From: Caedibacter taeniospiralis
GTDB taxonomy: Bacteria > Pseudomonadota > Gammaproteobacteria > Francisellales > Francisellaceae
Direction of reading: 5' to 3'
Length of the DNA: 32,000 bases
Assembly: GCF_002803295.2 (NCBI RefSeq)
Contig: NZ_PGGB02000008.1
Span: 54,797-86,796, forward strand
Part shown: positions 16,325-28,835 of the stretch, piece by piece
Position numbering within the stretch: position 1 is the stretch's first letter
How the letters are laid out: every line of letters begins with the position of its first letter
Notes under the pieces: model-generated
The model's database searches: none
What the model was told of the DNA's origin: nothing
Seen by the model: the letters and a program-made list of their open reading frames with translations, nothing else
Made by a program: the position numbers and the translations under genes

Positions 16325-17677
16325 ATGACACTATTAAACACCGACACCATCGCCGCAATTGCGACCGCACAGGGAAAGGGTGGTGTGGGTATTATCCGTA
16401 TTTCTGGCAAAGATGCTTATACTATTGCCAGTAAAATAACCCACACCGCACTTAAGCCACGCCATGCGCATTTTCTTGATTTTAAAAATACCAATGATGA
16501 AACCCTGGATCAGGGTATCGCCCTTTATTTTAAAGCACCACACTCGTACACAGGCGAGGATATTGTGGAGTTACAAGCGCATGGCGGTCCCATTGTCTTA
16601 AACCTTATTTTACAGGTTGCTATTGAACATGGCGCGCGTCTTGCCAAACCTGGTGAATTTACCGAACGCGCTTATCTCAATGACAAAATAGATTTAGCAC
16701 AAGCAGAAGCCATTGCTGATATGATCGACGCCTCATCTGAGCAGGCGGCTAAATCTGCAATGCGTTCATTACAAGGAGCATTTTCAAAAGAGATTGATAC
16801 GCTCGTGGAATCGTTAATTCATCTACGCATTCATGTCGAAGCGGCTATTGATTTTCCTGAAGAGGAAATAGATTTCCTCGCGGATGAACATATTAAAACT
16901 CAGTTAACGCATGTTCAGCAAAATGTCCAATCCGTACTCCATAACTCTAAACAAGGTGCGTTATTACGTGAAGGTATTGAAATTGTCATCGCTGGCAAAC
17001 CCAACGCGGGCAAGTCAAGCTTATTAAACGCACTTGCAGGAAAAGAAAGCGCGATTGTTACCGATATTGCAGGTACGACGCGCGACACCTTGCGTGAGTA
17101 TATTCAAATCAATGGCATTCCTGTACATATTATCGATACCGCAGGGTTACGTGTTAGTGACGATATTATTGAAACAGAGGGTGTCAGGCGCGCACTTGAA
17201 GCAATTAAAAAAGCAGATCACATCTTACTTGTGGCAGATATTAACGACACTAAAGATAAAAATATTACCGATCTTGTCCCCGAGTTTTTTGAACACATTC
17301 CAAGCCATATTCCTATTACCTACATCTACAACAAGGTTGATTTAACCAATACAATTCCACAAAACCATGATAATCATCTTTTTATCTCTGCCAAGCATGA
17401 CATCGGCATTGATAAACTCCGTGATTATTTACTCAAAGCCATTGGCTACGAACAAACCTCTGAAGGCATCTTTACTGCAAGAAAGCGCCATATTAACGCA
17501 CTAAATTCCGCGCAAGATCACCTTGAAATAGCAGCCATGCACCTGGCACACAGAAATGGAGAGCTCTTGGCAGAGGAACTAAATCTCGCACAGAAAGGAC
17601 TATCATCCATCACTGGCGAGTTTGGTGCCGATGATTTATTAGGTGAGATATTTAGTAGTTTTTGTATTGGAAAGTGA
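16325..17677 (+). CDS. mnmE: tRNA uridine-5-carboxymethylaminomethyl modification GTPase MnmE
   Basis: N-terminus DTIAAIAT..G.GGVGIIRISG. G-domain GKPNAGKSSLLN, DIAGTTRD and DTAGLR. Hallmark C-terminal FCIGK. Start trimmed to the ATG at 16325 (the tracked TTG at 16310 is less likely). Confidence 0.95.
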   Translation: MTLLNTDTIAAIATAQGKGGVGIIRISGKDAYTIASKITHTALKPRHAHFLDFKNTNDETLDQGIALYFKAPHSYTGEDIVELQAHGGPIVLNLILQVAIEHGARLAKPGEFTERAYLNDKIDLAQAEAIADMIDASSEQAAKSAMRSLQGAFSKEIDTLVESLIHLRIHVEAAIDFPEEEIDFLADEHIKTQLTHVQQNVQSVLHNSKQGALLREGIEIVIAGKPNAGKSSLLNALAGKESAIVTDIAGTTRDTLREYIQINGIPVHIIDTAGLRVSDDIIETEGVRRALEAIKKADHILLVADINDTKDKNITDLVPEFFEHIPSHIPITYIYNKVDLTNTIPQNHDNHLFISAKHDIGIDKLRDYLLKAIGYEQTSEGIFTARKRHINALNSAQDHLEIAAMHLAHRNGELLAEELNLAQKGLSSITGEFGADDLLGEIFSSFCIGK

Positions 17678-17726
17678 CGTACAGTGCAACTTATTTTTCC
17701 TTGCTTATTACATTAATAACGTTCGA

Positions 17727-20700
17727 TTATTCCTCGTAATCGTCATCATCTTCATGCTTTTTAGTTTCATCAAGATCTTCTTCGCCAGTTACAAAGAAAT
17801 CTTCAAGATCAACACTGTTTTCTTCATCATCAGCATTCAGAGCCGCACTTAGTGCCATCTCTAACTCATCCATAGAAGGACCAGATTCTAAAGCCTGCTG
17901 TTCCTCAAGATGTTTGCGCTTACGTTCTTGATGATGTGCCAGCCCCGTGCCTGAAGGAATCAATCGTCCAATCAGAACGTTTTCTTTTAGACCACGTAAC
18001 TGATCTTCCTGACCACTTACTGATGCCTCCGTTAACACGCGAGTTGTTTCTTGGAACGAAGCCGCTGACAAAAACGACTCCGTCGATAATGAGGCTTTCG
18101 TAATACCTAATAAAATAGGCTCATAAATAGCTTCTAATTTACCTTCACCACGTAGCTTCTCATTTTCTTCCAGTACCTGCACTAATTCAACAGGCTCCCC
18201 GTCAACAAACTTACTATCACCCGTAGCAAGGATATTAACCTTACGCAACATCTGACGGGTGACTGTCTCGATGTGCTTGTCGTTAATGCCCACGCCTTGT
18301 AAACGGTAGACTTCTTGAATCTCATTGATAATATAATCCGCCAGTTCATGCACCCCTTTCAAACGCAGGATTTCATGCGGATCTAAAGGACCGTCGGAAA
18401 TAATTTCCCCTTTGGAAACGTGCTCACCCTCAAATACGTTAATATGACGCCATTTAGGGATCATAATTTCGATTGGTTCGACCTCTTCTGGCGAAATGAT
18501 TAAACGGCGCTTGCCCTTTGTCTCTTTACCGAAACTCACAACGCCCGAAACCTCTGCCATAATTGCCGCATCCTTTGGACGACGCGCCTCAAAAAGATCA
18601 GCCACACGCGGAAGCCCCCCAGTAATATCCTTATTCTTAGAGCCTTCCTGAGGAATACGCGCAATAACGTCACCGACTTCAATCTTGGTGCCATTTTCGA
18701 TATTTAAAATCGCACCAATCGGCATAAAGTAACTAGCGGGAATATTCGTATTCGGGAAACAAAGCTCCTCGCCAACTTCGTCAATCAAGCGCACAAGCGG
18801 TTTAATATCTCTATTACCACTTTTTTGCGAATCTGAAATAATCACAACACTGGAAAGACCAGTCATCTCATCTGCCTGGTGCTTCATGGTCACACCATCA
18901 ATAAAGTCTACGAAGTTAATATGCCCTGAAACCTCCGCAATGACTGGATGCGTATGCGGATCCCATGTTGCAACAACAGCTCCAGCTTTGACCTGGGTGT
19001 TGTCATTTACAGGTAATTCAGCACCATAAGGCACCTTATACTTCTCACGCTCACGTCCAAATTTATCAATAATGCTAATTTCACCCGAGCGCGAAACAAC
19101 AACGTGGTTGCCTTCACGATTTTTAACCGTCTTAATATTATTAAACTTAATACGTCCACCATTTTTGATTTGAACGTTATTTTCCACTTTATCCTGCGAT
19201 GCAGCTCCTCCAATATGGAAGGTGCGCATTGTCAATTGTGTTCCTGGCTCACCAATGGATTGTGCCGCAACGACACCAACGGATTCCCCCATATTGACTA
19301 AGTGACCACGCGCCAAATCACGCCCATAGCATTTAGCACATAAACCACGACGAGTTTCACAGGTAATGGCGGAGCGAATGACCACCTGATCAACCCCATG
19401 TTGCTCAATCAACTCAACCATTTTTTCATCAAGCAGGGTGCCCGCTTCAACCAGGATTCCATCCTCACCTGGCTTATAAATATCTTCTGCATTGACACGC
19501 CCTAATAGACGTTCGCCAAGCGGAACAACTACATCGCCCCCTTCAATAAGCGCTGACACCGTCAAGCCTTTTTGTGTGCCACAGTCCTCTTCAATAATAA
19601 CGAGATCCTGTGCCACATCGACTAAACGACGAGTCAAATAGCCTGAGTTTGCTGTCTTTAATGCCGTATCAGCAAGCCCCTTACGCGCACCATGTGTGGA
19701 GGTAAAGTATTGCAATACCGATAGACCTTCACGGAAGTTTGCGGTAATAGGGGTTTCAATAATTGAACCATCGGGCTTAGCCATGAGACCTCTCATCCCA
19801 GCCAACTGTCTGATCTGGGCGGCTGATCCTCTGGCCCCTGAATCAGCCATCATATATACAGAGTTAAAGGACTCCTGCTCAATTTCATTACCTTCTTTAT
19901 CAGCCACTTTTTCTTTTGCAATCACTTCCATCATTGATTTGGCGACTTTTTCATTCGCGCGCGACCATATGTCAATGACTTTGTTATAACGCTCACCTGC
20001 AGTCACAAGACCACTTGAGTACTGTGCGGAAATCTCTTTTACCTGTGCTTCGGCTTCTGCCAATATTCCTTCTTTAGCATCAGGAATGATCATATCGTTG
20101 ATCCCAATCGAAATACCAGACTTCGTAGAGTACTTATATCCCGCATACATCAACTGATCCGCAAAAATAACCGTCGCCTTAGTACCCAGACGACGATAGC
20201 ACTGATCAATAATTTTACCCACTGTTTTCTTTGTCAGTGGTTGGTTTATCAATGAAAATGGCAAGCCCTTTGGCAAAATACTTGATAACAAAGCACGTCC
20301 TACTGTTGTTTCAATAATACCCTTTTCCTCAACATACTCACCTGACTCCAGCAACACTTTATGATCTAAGCGTACTTTAATTTTTGCATGAATATCAACA
20401 ACCCCTGCATCATACGCACGTTGTACGTGCAATAAATCCGCAAATAACTTGCCTTCGCCTTTCGAGCTAACTTTTTCACGTGTGGCATAGTAAAGACCCA
20501 ATACGATATCCTGTGTTGGGGCGATGACTGGCGTACCACTTGCAGGAGACAGGATATTGTTTGTTGACATCATCAGGACTCGTGCTTCAAGCTGTGCTTC
20601 GATGGTTAGCGGCACATGAACTGCCATCTGATCCCCATCAAAGTCCGCGTTAAATGCAGTACACACCAGTGGATGCAATTGAATCGCTTTGCCCTCGATC

Positions 20701-22022
20701 AGAGTCGGCTCAAACGCCTGAATCCCCAATCTATGCAAGGTTGGCGCACGGTTAAGAAGTACTGGATGCTCGCGAATCACTTCTTCCAGAATATCCCACA
20801 CGACAGCTTCTTCGCGCTCAACCATTTTCTTGGCAGCTTTAATCGTAGTCGCATGCTCGTAATGCTCGAGTTTTGAATAAATAAATGGCTTAAATAATTC
20901 TAGTGCCATTTTCTTGGGCAAACCACATTGGTGTAAACGCAAAGTGGGACCCACAGTAATGACTGAGCGCCCTGAATAGTCAACACGCTTACCTAAAAGG
21001 TTCTGACGGAAACGCCCCTGCTTACCTTTAATCATGTCTGCAAGCGACTTCAGTGCGCGCTTATTAGAACCCGTCACCGCACGCCCACGGCGTCCATTAT
21101 CCAGTAGCGCATCAACTGATTCCTGCAACATGCGTTTTTCGTTGCGCACAATAATATCTGGAGCACTAAGCTCTAAAAGGCGTTTTAAACGATTATTGCG
21201 ATTGATCACACGACGGTATAAATCATTTAAATCAGACGTTGCAAAACGTCCACCATCCAAGGGGACCAATGGTCGCAAATCAGGTGGCAAGACAGGCAAA
21301 ACGGTCATGATCATCCACTCAGGTTTATTGCCTGACTCACGAAATGACTCTAGCAATTTCAAACGCTTCGTTAGCTTTTTGAGCTTTGTTTCCGAGTTAG
21401 TCGTCGGAATTTCTTCGCGAATGATTTCAATTTCGTGATTAAGATCCGTATCCATTAAAAGCTTTTGAATAGCCTCAGCACCCATTTGCGCCTCAAACTC
21501 ATCACCATACTCTTCCAGGGCATCAAGATAAGTTTCTTCGTTCAATAGCTGTCCTTTTTCAAAAGGTGTCATGCCTGAATCGGTTACTGCATAAGCTTCA
21601 AAATATAAAATGCGTTCGATATCACGCAATGTCATATCTAACAACAATCCAATACGTGATGGCAGGGATTTTAAATACCAGATATGTGCCACAGGACAGG
21701 CAAGATCGATATGCCCCATGCGCTCCCGACGCACACGGGCCTGAGTAACTTCGACACCACACTTCTCGCAGATGATTCCACGATGCTTCAAACGCTTATA
21801 TTTGCCGCAAAGGCATTCATAATCCTTGATCGGACCAAAAATTTTTGCACAAAACAAGCCATCGCGCTCGGGTTTAAAAGTGCGATAGTTGATAGTTTCT
21901 GGCTTTTTAACCTCACCATAAGACCATGAGTGAATCATTTCAGGTGAAGCAAGACCAACACGGATGCGGTCAAATTCTGAATCTTTACCTTGCTGTTTCA
22001 TACCGCCTAGTAAATTTTTCAA
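17727..22022 (-). CDS. rpoC: DNA-directed RNA polymerase subunit beta-prime
   Basis: 1431 aa. N-terminus ..[49 protein letters not shown]. The NADFDGD catalytic motif is present. It directly follows rpoB. Confidence 0.98.
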   Translation of the reverse strand: MKNLLGGMKQQGKDSEFDRIRVGLASPEMIHSWSYGEVKKPETINYRTFKPERDGLFCAKIFGPIKDYECLCGKYKRLKHRGIICEKCGVEVTQARVRRERMGHIDLACPVAHIWYLKSLPSRIGLLLDMTLRDIERILYFEAYAVTDSGMTPFEKGQLLNEETYLDALEEYGDEFEAQMGAEAIQKLLMDTDLNHEIEIIREEIPTTNSETKLKKLTKRLKLLESFRESGNKPEWMIMTVLPVLPPDLRPLVPLDGGRFATSDLNDLYRRVINRNNRLKRLLELSAPDIIVRNEKRMLQESVDALLDNGRRGRAVTGSNKRALKSLADMIKGKQGRFRQNLLGKRVDYSGRSVITVGPTLRLHQCGLPKKMALELFKPFIYSKLEHYEHATTIKAAKKMVEREEAVVWDILEEVIREHPVLLNRAPTLHRLGIQAFEPTLIEGKAIQLHPLVCTAFNADFDGDQMAVHVPLTIEAQLEARVLMMSTNNILSPASGTPVIAPTQDIVLGLYYATREKVSSKGEGKLFADLLHVQRAYDAGVVDIHAKIKVRLDHKVLLESGEYVEEKGIIETTVGRALLSSILPKGLPFSLINQPLTKKTVGKIIDQCYRRLGTKATVIFADQLMYAGYKYSTKSGISIGINDMIIPDAKEGILAEAEAQVKEISAQYSSGLVTAGERYNKVIDIWSRANEKVAKSMMEVIAKEKVADKEGNEIEQESFNSVYMMADSGARGSAAQIRQLAGMRGLMAKPDGSIIETPITANFREGLSVLQYFTSTHGARKGLADTALKTANSGYLTRRLVDVAQDLVIIEEDCGTQKGLTVSALIEGGDVVVPLGERLLGRVNAEDIYKPGEDGILVEAGTLLDEKMVELIEQHGVDQVVIRSAITCETRRGLCAKCYGRDLARGHLVNMGESVGVVAAQSIGEPGTQLTMRTFHIGGAASQDKVENNVQIKNGGRIKFNNIKTVKNREGNHVVVSRSGEISIIDKFGREREKYKVPYGAELPVNDNTQVKAGAVVATWDPHTHPVIAEVSGHINFVDFIDGVTMKHQADEMTGLSSVVIISDSQKSGNRDIKPLVRLIDEVGEELCFPNTNIPASYFMPIGAILNIENGTKIEVGDVIARIPQEGSKNKDITGGLPRVADLFEARRPKDAAIMAEVSGVVSFGKETKGKRRLIISPEEVEPIEIMIPKWRHINVFEGEHVSKGEIISDGPLDPHEILRLKGVHELADYIINEIQEVYRLQGVGINDKHIETVTRQMLRKVNILATGDSKFVDGEPVELVQVLEENEKLRGEGKLEAIYEPILLGITKASLSTESFLSAASFQETTRVLTEASVSGQEDQLRGLKENVLIGRLIPSGTGLAHHQERKRKHLEEQQALESGPSMDELEMALSAALNADDEENSVDLEDFFVTGEEDLDETKKHEDDDDYEE

Positions 22023-22109
22023 GGCTCTACTCCTATTTTTGCAAAGTTTTTAATCAATAAGCTACGCGCATAAGCTCGTAGCTGGTTTATCACTACAACT
22101 CAAGTAAGG

Positions 22110-25100
22110 CTAATTTTCTAAATCAGACTCAAGATCAATATCAATACCCAAAGCACGCACTTCTTTCATTAATACATTGAACGACTCAGGCAGACTTGCA
22201 TCCATTCTGAAGTTGCCATCTACAATGTTCTTATACATTCTGGTACGACCGTTGACGTCATCTGACTTAACCGTCAGCATCTCACGAAGGGTATATGCAG
22301 CACCATAAGCCTGCAGTGCCCAGACTTCCATCTCACCAAATCGTTGACCGCCAAATTGAGCTTTACCGCCCAATGGCTGCTGTGTGACCAAACTATAAGA
22401 ACCCGTCGAACGTGCGTGCATCTTATCATCCACCAGATGGTCAAGTTTAAGCATATACATATAGCCTACGGTTACCTGGCGATCAAATGGCAAACCTGTA
22501 CGACCATCATAAAGCTGAGCCTGCCCACTTTCGTTTAAGCCACAAAGCTTTAACAGATCTTTGATGTCTTTTTCTTTTGCACCATCAAATACGGGAGTCG
22601 CTATCGGCACCCCTGCTTTTAGGTTATATGCCATCTCAATAATCTGATCATCATCCAACTGGGCTAGATCCAGCTTTTTATTGCCTATTGTGTTATAAAC
22701 TTCTTCCAGAGTCCTGCGAATATCTCGCGCTTTCTGACTAGCTTCTAAGGCATCAGTAATCTTGTGCCCTAAGGCTCTTGCTGCCATTCCCATATGTGTC
22801 TCCAACACCTGACCGATGTTCATACGCGAAGGAACCCCCAGCGGGTTTAACACGATATCCATTGGTGTACCATCTTCCAGATAAGGCATATCCTCAATTG
22901 GCAGAATGCGAGAAACCACCCCTTTATTTCCGTGGCGACCGGCCATCTTATCCCCTGGCTGAATTCGACGCTTAACCGCAACAAACACTTTGACGATCTT
23001 AAGCACCCCTGGAGACAAATCATCGCCTTGCACAATTTTTTTGCGTTTTGCTTCAAATTTGGCTTCAAAGTTTTTACGCGCCTGCTCGATCTGTGCTTTA
23101 CACCGAGTAATAACTTCCATCGTTGATTCATCTTCAACACGAATATCCAGCCATTGAATCAATTCAAGATTTTTTAAATAATCTTTTGTGATTTCCTGTC
23201 CGCGCTTTAAGCCACCAGGACATGCTACCGCTTTCTTGCCACTTAACTCTTGTAGCAAATATGAACGAACAGCACCTTCAACAATGCGGTATTCATCGCG
23301 CAAGTCTTTACGTATACGTGCTAATTCAGCTTTTTCAATTTCAACTGAACGCTGGTCTTTCTCTAAGCCATCACGAGTGAAGACCTGTACATTAATCACT
23401 GTACCGTACATACCCGTTGGCATACGCAAAGAACTATCTTTAACATCCGATGCTTTTTCGCCAAATATGGCACGCAAAAGTTTTTCTTCAGGTGTCAGCT
23501 GTTGCTCGGCTTTTGGTGTAATTTTTGCCACCAGAATATCGCCTGGCACAACATTGGCACCAATATGAACTATCCCTGCTTCATCCAGTTTGTTGAGAGC
23601 TTGTTCACTAACATTGGGGATGTCCGCGGTAATCTCTTCCGCACCTAACTTGGTATCACGCGCAATACAGGTCAACTCCTCGATGTGAATAGAGGTATAA
23701 CGGTCATCTTCAACGATGCGTTCAGATAATAAAATAGAATCCTCAAAGTTAAAGCCATTCCACGGCATAAACGCTACTAAAAGGTTTTGCCCAAGCGCCA
23801 ACTCTGCCATATCAGTTGATGAGCCATCTGCAAGCACATCACCTTTTACAATCACATCGCCTGGACGCACGATTGGGCGTTGATTAATACAGGTGTTTTT
23901 GTTAGAACGTCGGAACTTCGTTAAGTTGTAAATATCAACAACGGAATCCCCTTCACCGATTTCATCATTATCAACGCACACGACAATACGCCCGCCATCA
24001 ACCGCATCAACAACGCCTGAACGTTTTGCCACAATACATGTCCCTGAGTCACGCGCAACGATACGCTCCATCCCAGTACCGACAAGGGGCTTTTCCGCTC
24101 TTAAAGTTGGCACCGCCTGACGTTGCATATTTGAACCCATTAATGCACGGTTTGCATCATCATGCTCCAAAAATGGAATGAGTGCCGCAGCAACGGACAC
24201 CATCTGCTTAGCAGAAACATCCATATACTGCACTTGGTCTGCACTCGTGAAAATCGTCTCCCCTTTCGAGCGACACTGAATTAACTCATCCGTTAAACGT
24301 CCTTTGTCATCCATCGAGGCAGAGGCCTGTGCAATCACATAATTGCTCTCATCAATCGCTGATAAATATTCAATCTGATCAGTTGCTGCACCGTTAATTA
24401 CCTTACGATATGGCGCTTCTAAGAAACCATAGTGATTGGTCCGCGCATAACATGCTAAAGAGTTGATCAAACCAATGTTTGGACCTTCAGGCGTTTCAAT
24501 CGGACACAAACGACCATAATGTGTCGTATGCACGTCACGCACCTCAAAACCTGCGCGATCCCTGGATAAACCACCTGGACCCAAGGCTGAAATACGACGC
24601 TTATGCGTCACTTCTGATAAGGGGTTATCCTGATCCATAAATTGCGATAAAGCCCCCGAACCAAAGAATTCTTTGATTGCGGCAGTAATTGGCTTTGCGT
24701 TGACCAGATCTTGTGGCATCGCACTCTCGCGATCCACCAATGACAAACGTTCACGTACTGATCTTTCAACGCGCACCAAGCCAATTCTAAACTGGTTTTC
24801 TGTCATTTCACCTACGGCACGGATGCGTCGATTGCCTAAGTGATCTATATCATCCACTTCTCCCCGACCATCTCTAATATCAATCAGTGTTTTGACAACA
24901 TCGATGATGTCTTCCTTAGTCAGTACATTTATGCCTTTATCTGATTTACGCCCCAAACGATTATTAAATTTCATTCGACCAACGGCTGAAAGATCATAGC
25001 GATCTTCAGAGAAAAACAAACCCTGGAATAAATTTTCAGCTGAGTCTTTTGTTGGCGGCTCACCTGGTCGCATCATACGATAGATCTCAACCAAAGCCTC

Positions 25101-26201
25101 ATCACGATCACGACACACATCGTTACGCAAAGTGTCGGCGATATAAGCACCACGATCCAGATCATTGGTGTTTAATGTCTGGAATTTACTGATGCCACGA
25201 TCAGAAAGCTTTTCTAACAGCACAGGCGTAATTTCTTCATTTGCCGCCGCAAGTATCTCGCCTGAAGTCTCATCCACAACGCGAGAATACAACACTTTAC
25301 CCATGACATAAGAGACAGGAACTTCCATCTGGTTCAAACCTTGCTCTTTCATAAGTTTTGTATGTCTTGCAGTAATGCGCTTACCTTCAGCTACGAGCAC
25401 CTTGCCATCTTTATCCAAAACGTCAAACGATGCTGTAGACCCCTTTAACGAATCAGGCTCAAAGGTCATCAGTAGTGAACCATTGTCCACTTCAAAATTA
25501 ACTGGTTCATAAAAAAGCTTAAGTAATTCATCGCTGGTATAACCCAACGCCTTTAGTAAAACAGTCGCAGGTAATTTACGACGTCTGTCTATACGCACAT
25601 AAAGCAAGTCTTTTGGATCAAACTCAAAATCCAACCACGAACCACGGTAAGGAATGACACGCGCCGAATGTAATATTTTACCTGAGGAATGCGTTTTACC
25701 TTTGTCATGATCAAAGAAAACACCAGGTGAACGATGAAGCTGTGAAACAACCACCCGCTCAGTACCATTAATCACAAAGGTACCATTCTCAGTCATCAGC
25801 GGAATTTCACCCATGTAGACCTCTTGCTCACGCACATCCTTAACCACTTTATCATCTACTGGCGCGTCTTTGTCATACACAACCAACCTAAGTTTCACAC
25901 GCAAAGGAGCAGCATAGGTTACCCCTCGAATACCACATTCATTTTCATCAAAAACAGGCTCACCCAAGCGATAGCTTACGTAGTGCAGCTCGGAATACCC
26001 TGAGACACTTACAATAGGAAGAACAGACTTAAACGCAGCCTCTAAACCAATATTCTTGCGGCTTTGCGGCTTAACATCTTGTTGCAAAAATTCTTTGTAT
26101 GAATTCACTTGAACAGCAAGCAAATATGGGACATCGAGAATATTAGGAAGGTTCCCAAATTCTTTACGGATTCTTTTTTTCTCAGCGTATGAGTACGACA
26201 T
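22110..26201 (-). CDS. rpoB: DNA-directed RNA polymerase subunit beta
   Basis: 1363 aa. [23 protein letters not shown]. The rifampicin-region sequence [34 protein letters not shown] is present. Confidence 0.98.
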   Translation of the reverse strand: MSYSYAEKKRIRKEFGNLPNILDVPYLLAVQVNSYKEFLQQDVKPQSRKNIGLEAAFKSVLPIVSVSGYSELHYVSYRLGEPVFDENECGIRGVTYAAPLRVKLRLVVYDKDAPVDDKVVKDVREQEVYMGEIPLMTENGTFVINGTERVVVSQLHRSPGVFFDHDKGKTHSSGKILHSARVIPYRGSWLDFEFDPKDLLYVRIDRRRKLPATVLLKALGYTSDELLKLFYEPVNFEVDNGSLLMTFEPDSLKGSTASFDVLDKDGKVLVAEGKRITARHTKLMKEQGLNQMEVPVSYVMGKVLYSRVVDETSGEILAAANEEITPVLLEKLSDRGISKFQTLNTNDLDRGAYIADTLRNDVCRDRDEALVEIYRMMRPGEPPTKDSAENLFQGLFFSEDRYDLSAVGRMKFNNRLGRKSDKGINVLTKEDIIDVVKTLIDIRDGRGEVDDIDHLGNRRIRAVGEMTENQFRIGLVRVERSVRERLSLVDRESAMPQDLVNAKPITAAIKEFFGSGALSQFMDQDNPLSEVTHKRRISALGPGGLSRDRAGFEVRDVHTTHYGRLCPIETPEGPNIGLINSLACYARTNHYGFLEAPYRKVINGAATDQIEYLSAIDESNYVIAQASASMDDKGRLTDELIQCRSKGETIFTSADQVQYMDVSAKQMVSVAAALIPFLEHDDANRALMGSNMQRQAVPTLRAEKPLVGTGMERIVARDSGTCIVAKRSGVVDAVDGGRIVVCVDNDEIGEGDSVVDIYNLTKFRRSNKNTCINQRPIVRPGDVIVKGDVLADGSSTDMAELALGQNLLVAFMPWNGFNFEDSILLSERIVEDDRYTSIHIEELTCIARDTKLGAEEITADIPNVSEQALNKLDEAGIVHIGANVVPGDILVAKITPKAEQQLTPEEKLLRAIFGEKASDVKDSSLRMPTGMYGTVINVQVFTRDGLEKDQRSVEIEKAELARIRKDLRDEYRIVEGAVRSYLLQELSGKKAVACPGGLKRGQEITKDYLKNLELIQWLDIRVEDESTMEVITRCKAQIEQARKNFEAKFEAKRKKIVQGDDLSPGVLKIVKVFVAVKRRIQPGDKMAGRHGNKGVVSRILPIEDMPYLEDGTPMDIVLNPLGVPSRMNIGQVLETHMGMAARALGHKITDALEASQKARDIRRTLEEVYNTIGNKKLDLAQLDDDQIIEMAYNLKAGVPIATPVFDGAKEKDIKDLLKLCGLNESGQAQLYDGRTGLPFDRQVTVGYMYMLKLDHLVDDKMHARSTGSYSLVTQQPLGGKAQFGGQRFGEMEVWALQAYGAAYTLREMLTVKSDDVNGRTRMYKNIVDGNFRMDASLPESFNVLMKEVRALGIDIDLESDLEN

Positions 26202-26317
26202 CAGGCAATTCCTCTGACTACATTCGTTTTGAACACTAAATCATGCCAAAAGTTCGGAAAACTTTATTCATCTGCGATTACAGACACGTTTACAAATACC
26301 ATTTATTAGATAGCAGA

Positions 26318-26350
26318 AAAGGCTAACAGGTAAAACCCCTGTTAGCCTTT
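26318..26350 (-). terminator. intrinsic terminator/attenuator between rplL and rpoB
   Basis: 13-bp perfect stem (AAAGGCTAACAGG / CCTGTTAGCCTTT) with a 7-nt loop, followed on the - strand by TCTGCT, giving a U-rich tail. It lies 28 nt after the rplL stop. A partial terminator at this position is well known in E. coli. Confidence 0.6.
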
Positions 26351-26377
26351 ACTTTTTAACTCAAAATAATCGTTTGA

Positions 26378-26752
26378 TTACTTAAGCTCAACCTTAGCAC
26401 CAGCCTCTTCAAGCTGTTTCTTAAGTGCTTCAGCATCAGCCTTTGAAGCCCCTTCTTTAATAGTGAAAGGAACGCCTTCAACAGCGTCTTTTGCTTCTTT
26501 AAGACCTAATCCAGTTGCTGCGCGAACTCCCTTAATCGCACCAACTTTATTAGCACCTGCATCAACTAAAACAACGTCAAATTCGGTTTTCTCTTCAACC
26601 GCGGCGGCTTCACCTGCAGCAGGTGCTGCAACGGCAACTGCAGCCTGTGCAGAAACACCAAATTTTTCTTCCATCATTTTAACCAGATCACAAACATCCA
26701 TCACGCTCATTTCAGCAACTGCATTCAGAATGTCTTGTTTAGTAATAGCCAT
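26378..26752 (-). CDS. rplL: 50S ribosomal protein L7/L12
   Basis: 124 aa. Alanine-rich hinge and a conserved C-terminal domain ([33 protein letters not shown]). Confidence 0.98.
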   Translation of the reverse strand: MAITKQDILNAVAEMSVMDVCDLVKMMEEKFGVSAQAAVAVAAPAAGEAAAVEEKTEFDVVLVDAGANKVGAIKGVRAATGLGLKEAKDAVEGVPFTIKEGASKADAEALKKQLEEAGAKVELK

Positions 26753-26795
26753 TATATACTCCTATTAAATAATTTATTTCAAAAACGAAAAGTGG

Positions 26796-27314
26796 TTATT
26801 TTGCATCACCAACAGCAGCAAACACACGCACAGCCCGAGCTGGAATTTCATTGAGCGTACGCACAAACTTGGCAACAGGTGCTTGCAATACATTACACAA
26901 CGTAGCAAGTGCATCATTTCTGCTTGGAAGCTTAGACATTTCTTCTAACTTATCAGCACCAAACAATTTACCGCTCATCGCTAAGTTCTTCACTTCAAAA
27001 GCTTTATTATCTTTCATAAAACCTTTGAACAATTTAGCAGCCGCACCTGGCTCTTCTTTCGAGAAAGCCAGCACCAAAGGACCAACAAGCGCATCACTCA
27101 TACACTCAAACTCAGTCCCTTTCATTGCGATTCTTGCTAAGTTGTTGCGAACAACTTTCAAGTACACACCTGACTCACGAGCCTGCTTACGTAAATCACT
27201 CATTTGATTCACAGTCAAACCACGGTAATCAGCTACCGCTGCAGACAATGCCAAGGATGCCTGTTCGGCAACTTCTGCCACAATCGCTTTTTTATCTTCA
27301 AGCTTTAGCGCCAT
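26796..27314 (-). CDS. rplJ: 50S ribosomal protein L10
   Basis: 172 aa, MALKLEDKKAIVAEV..ADYRGLTV.QM..LR. Position upstream of rplL. Confidence 0.97.
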   Translation of the reverse strand: MALKLEDKKAIVAEVAEQASLALSAAVADYRGLTVNQMSDLRKQARESGVYLKVVRNNLARIAMKGTEFECMSDALVGPLVLAFSKEEPGAAAKLFKGFMKDNKAFEVKNLAMSGKLFGADKLEEMSKLPSRNDALATLCNVLQAPVAKFVRTLNEIPARAVRVFAAVGDAK

Positions 27315-27557
27315 TAGCTAATCCTCTTGTTTTTGTCTACGTTACTATTTAATACGATGTTTGAAACCAAATAAAAATTTACTCTTTTAAGGTCACTCTC
27401 ACCGTCTGCGTAGGAAATTAAGCAACCTTGCGATCACACCTACGGTCTTTGACATCGCTCACCCAACACAGCGCCAGGCAGCGACCCAAAGAAACTTATT
27501 TAAACTCCCCTGGCACAAAGCCTTTGTGCATAAGGGATATGAAAAAGGCTCGCCATC
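27315..27557 (-). promoter_or_regulatory. rplJ-rplL 5' leader / promoter region (expected L10-L12 autoregulatory leader)
   Basis: A 243-nt non-coding gap between rplA and rplJ with several GC-rich stems on the - strand (for example GCACAAAG-G-CTTTGTGC and GGGTCGCTGCC..GGTGAGCGA). Function assigned by analogy with the E. coli L10 leader; not demonstrated here. Confidence 0.4.
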
Positions 27558-28253
27558 TTAAACTTCAATTGTACTCATGTCAAGCATAACACCAGGACCC
27601 ATTGTGCTAGATACGGTAATTTTCTTTATATAAATACCCTTTGCATTGGATGGCCTAAGTTTTTTAAGATCTGCCAATAGCGTTTCCAGGTTTTGCTGCA
27701 AAGCAGCTGACTCAAAATCAACCTTGCCAATCGTTGTGTGAATGATACCCGCTTTATCAACACGGTAACGGACTTGACCAGCTTTTGCATTTCTTACTGC
27801 TTGCGCCACATCGGTAGCCACAGTACCTACTTTAGGGTTTGGCATCAAACCTTTAGGACCTAAGATCTGACCCAACTGCCCAACCACACGCATAGCATCA
27901 GGAGTAGCAATCACAACATCAAAATCCATATTGCCTTTTTTAACTTCCAGAGCTAAGTCATCCATTCCCACAATATCAGCACCCGCTTCAGTGGCCTTAA
28001 TCGCATTATCGCCCTGGGTAAACACTGCAACACGGACTACTTTACCCGTGCCGTTTGGTAACACAGAGGCACCGCGCACCACTTGATCTGATTTGCGCGG
28101 ATCAACACCTAAGTTGACCGCAACGTCAATGGATTCTTTGAACTTAACTTTTGATAGCTCTTTTAATAGATTAAATGCTTCAGTTGCAGAGTATGATTGT
28201 AATCTGCTGACTTTCTCGGACAAAGCCTTCATTCTTTTGGATACTTTAGCCAT
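27558..28253 (-). CDS. rplA: 50S ribosomal protein L1
   Basis: 231 aa, [34 protein letters not shown]. Its start overlaps the rplK stop by 1 nt. Confidence 0.98.
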   Translation of the reverse strand: MAKVSKRMKALSEKVSRLQSYSATEAFNLLKELSKVKFKESIDVAVNLGVDPRKSDQVVRGASVLPNGTGKVVRVAVFTQGDNAIKATEAGADIVGMDDLALEVKKGNMDFDVVIATPDAMRVVGQLGQILGPKGLMPNPKVGTVATDVAQAVRNAKAGQVRYRVDKAGIIHTTIGKVDFESAALQQNLETLLADLKKLRPSNAKGIYIKKITVSSTMGPGVMLDMSTIEV

Positions 28254-28687
28254 TATTCAACTCCCTCAACTTTAAGACCCATACTGCGCGCGGAGCCTGC
28301 GATTGTTCTTATGGCTGCATCCAAATCTGCCGCTGTTAAATCGGGTTCTTTTGCCTTAGCGATTTCTTCTAGCTGTTCACGATTCACCGTACCTGCAACT
28401 TCTTTTGAAGGTTTTGAACTACCAGACTTGATCTTGGCAGCCTTCTTCAACAAGAACGAAGCGGGTGGTGTTTTCATTGTAAAGGTGAAGCTTCTGTCGC
28501 TATAAACAGTGATCACAACAGGAACAGGAGATCCCTGTTCCATTTTTTGTGTCTGTGCATTAAACGCTTTACAGAACTCCATAATATTAACACCACGCTG
28601 ACCCAAGGCTGGACCAATCGGGGGACTAGGATTTGCCTGTCCAGCTTTCACTTGAAGCTTGATATAAGCTTGTACTTTCTTTGCCAT
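28253..28687 (-). CDS. rplK: 50S ribosomal protein L11
   Basis: 144 aa, [38 protein letters not shown]. Confidence 0.98.
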   Translation of the reverse strand: MAKKVQAYIKLQVKAGQANPSPPIGPALGQRGVNIMEFCKAFNAQTQKMEQGSPVPVVITVYSDRSFTFTMKTPPASFLLKKAAKIKSGSSKPSKEVAGTVNREQLEEIAKAKEPDLTAADLDAAIRTIAGSARSMGLKVEGVE

Positions 28688-28773
28688 TTTTTACTCCTAT
28701 TTTGGGTATAGCGCTATGTTTTTTATAGCTCCCCACAGTTAGCTTCGCCCAATCAATATGATCAGGCACCAAA

Positions 28774-28795
28774 CCCCACTTGTTTAAACAAGGGG
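28774..28795 (-). terminator. possible terminator/attenuator hairpin between nusG and rplK
   Basis: On the - strand CCCCTTGTTTAAACAAGTGGGG (palindromic core CTTGTTTAAACAAG) is followed by TTTGGTG. A second hairpin (TTCGCC..GGCGAA, 28802-28822) lies just upstream. The U-tract is weak. Confidence 0.3.
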
Positions 28796-28835
28796 AAATC
28801 GTTCGCCTTTTGTACGGGCGAAAAATCTTTCACCC

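Noticed and set aside
17643-17852. Tracked 69-aa plus-strand ORF spanning the mnmE/rpoC junction
   Set aside because: It overlaps the ends of two well-supported genes. Its translation is the low-complexity antisense of the acidic RpoC tail.
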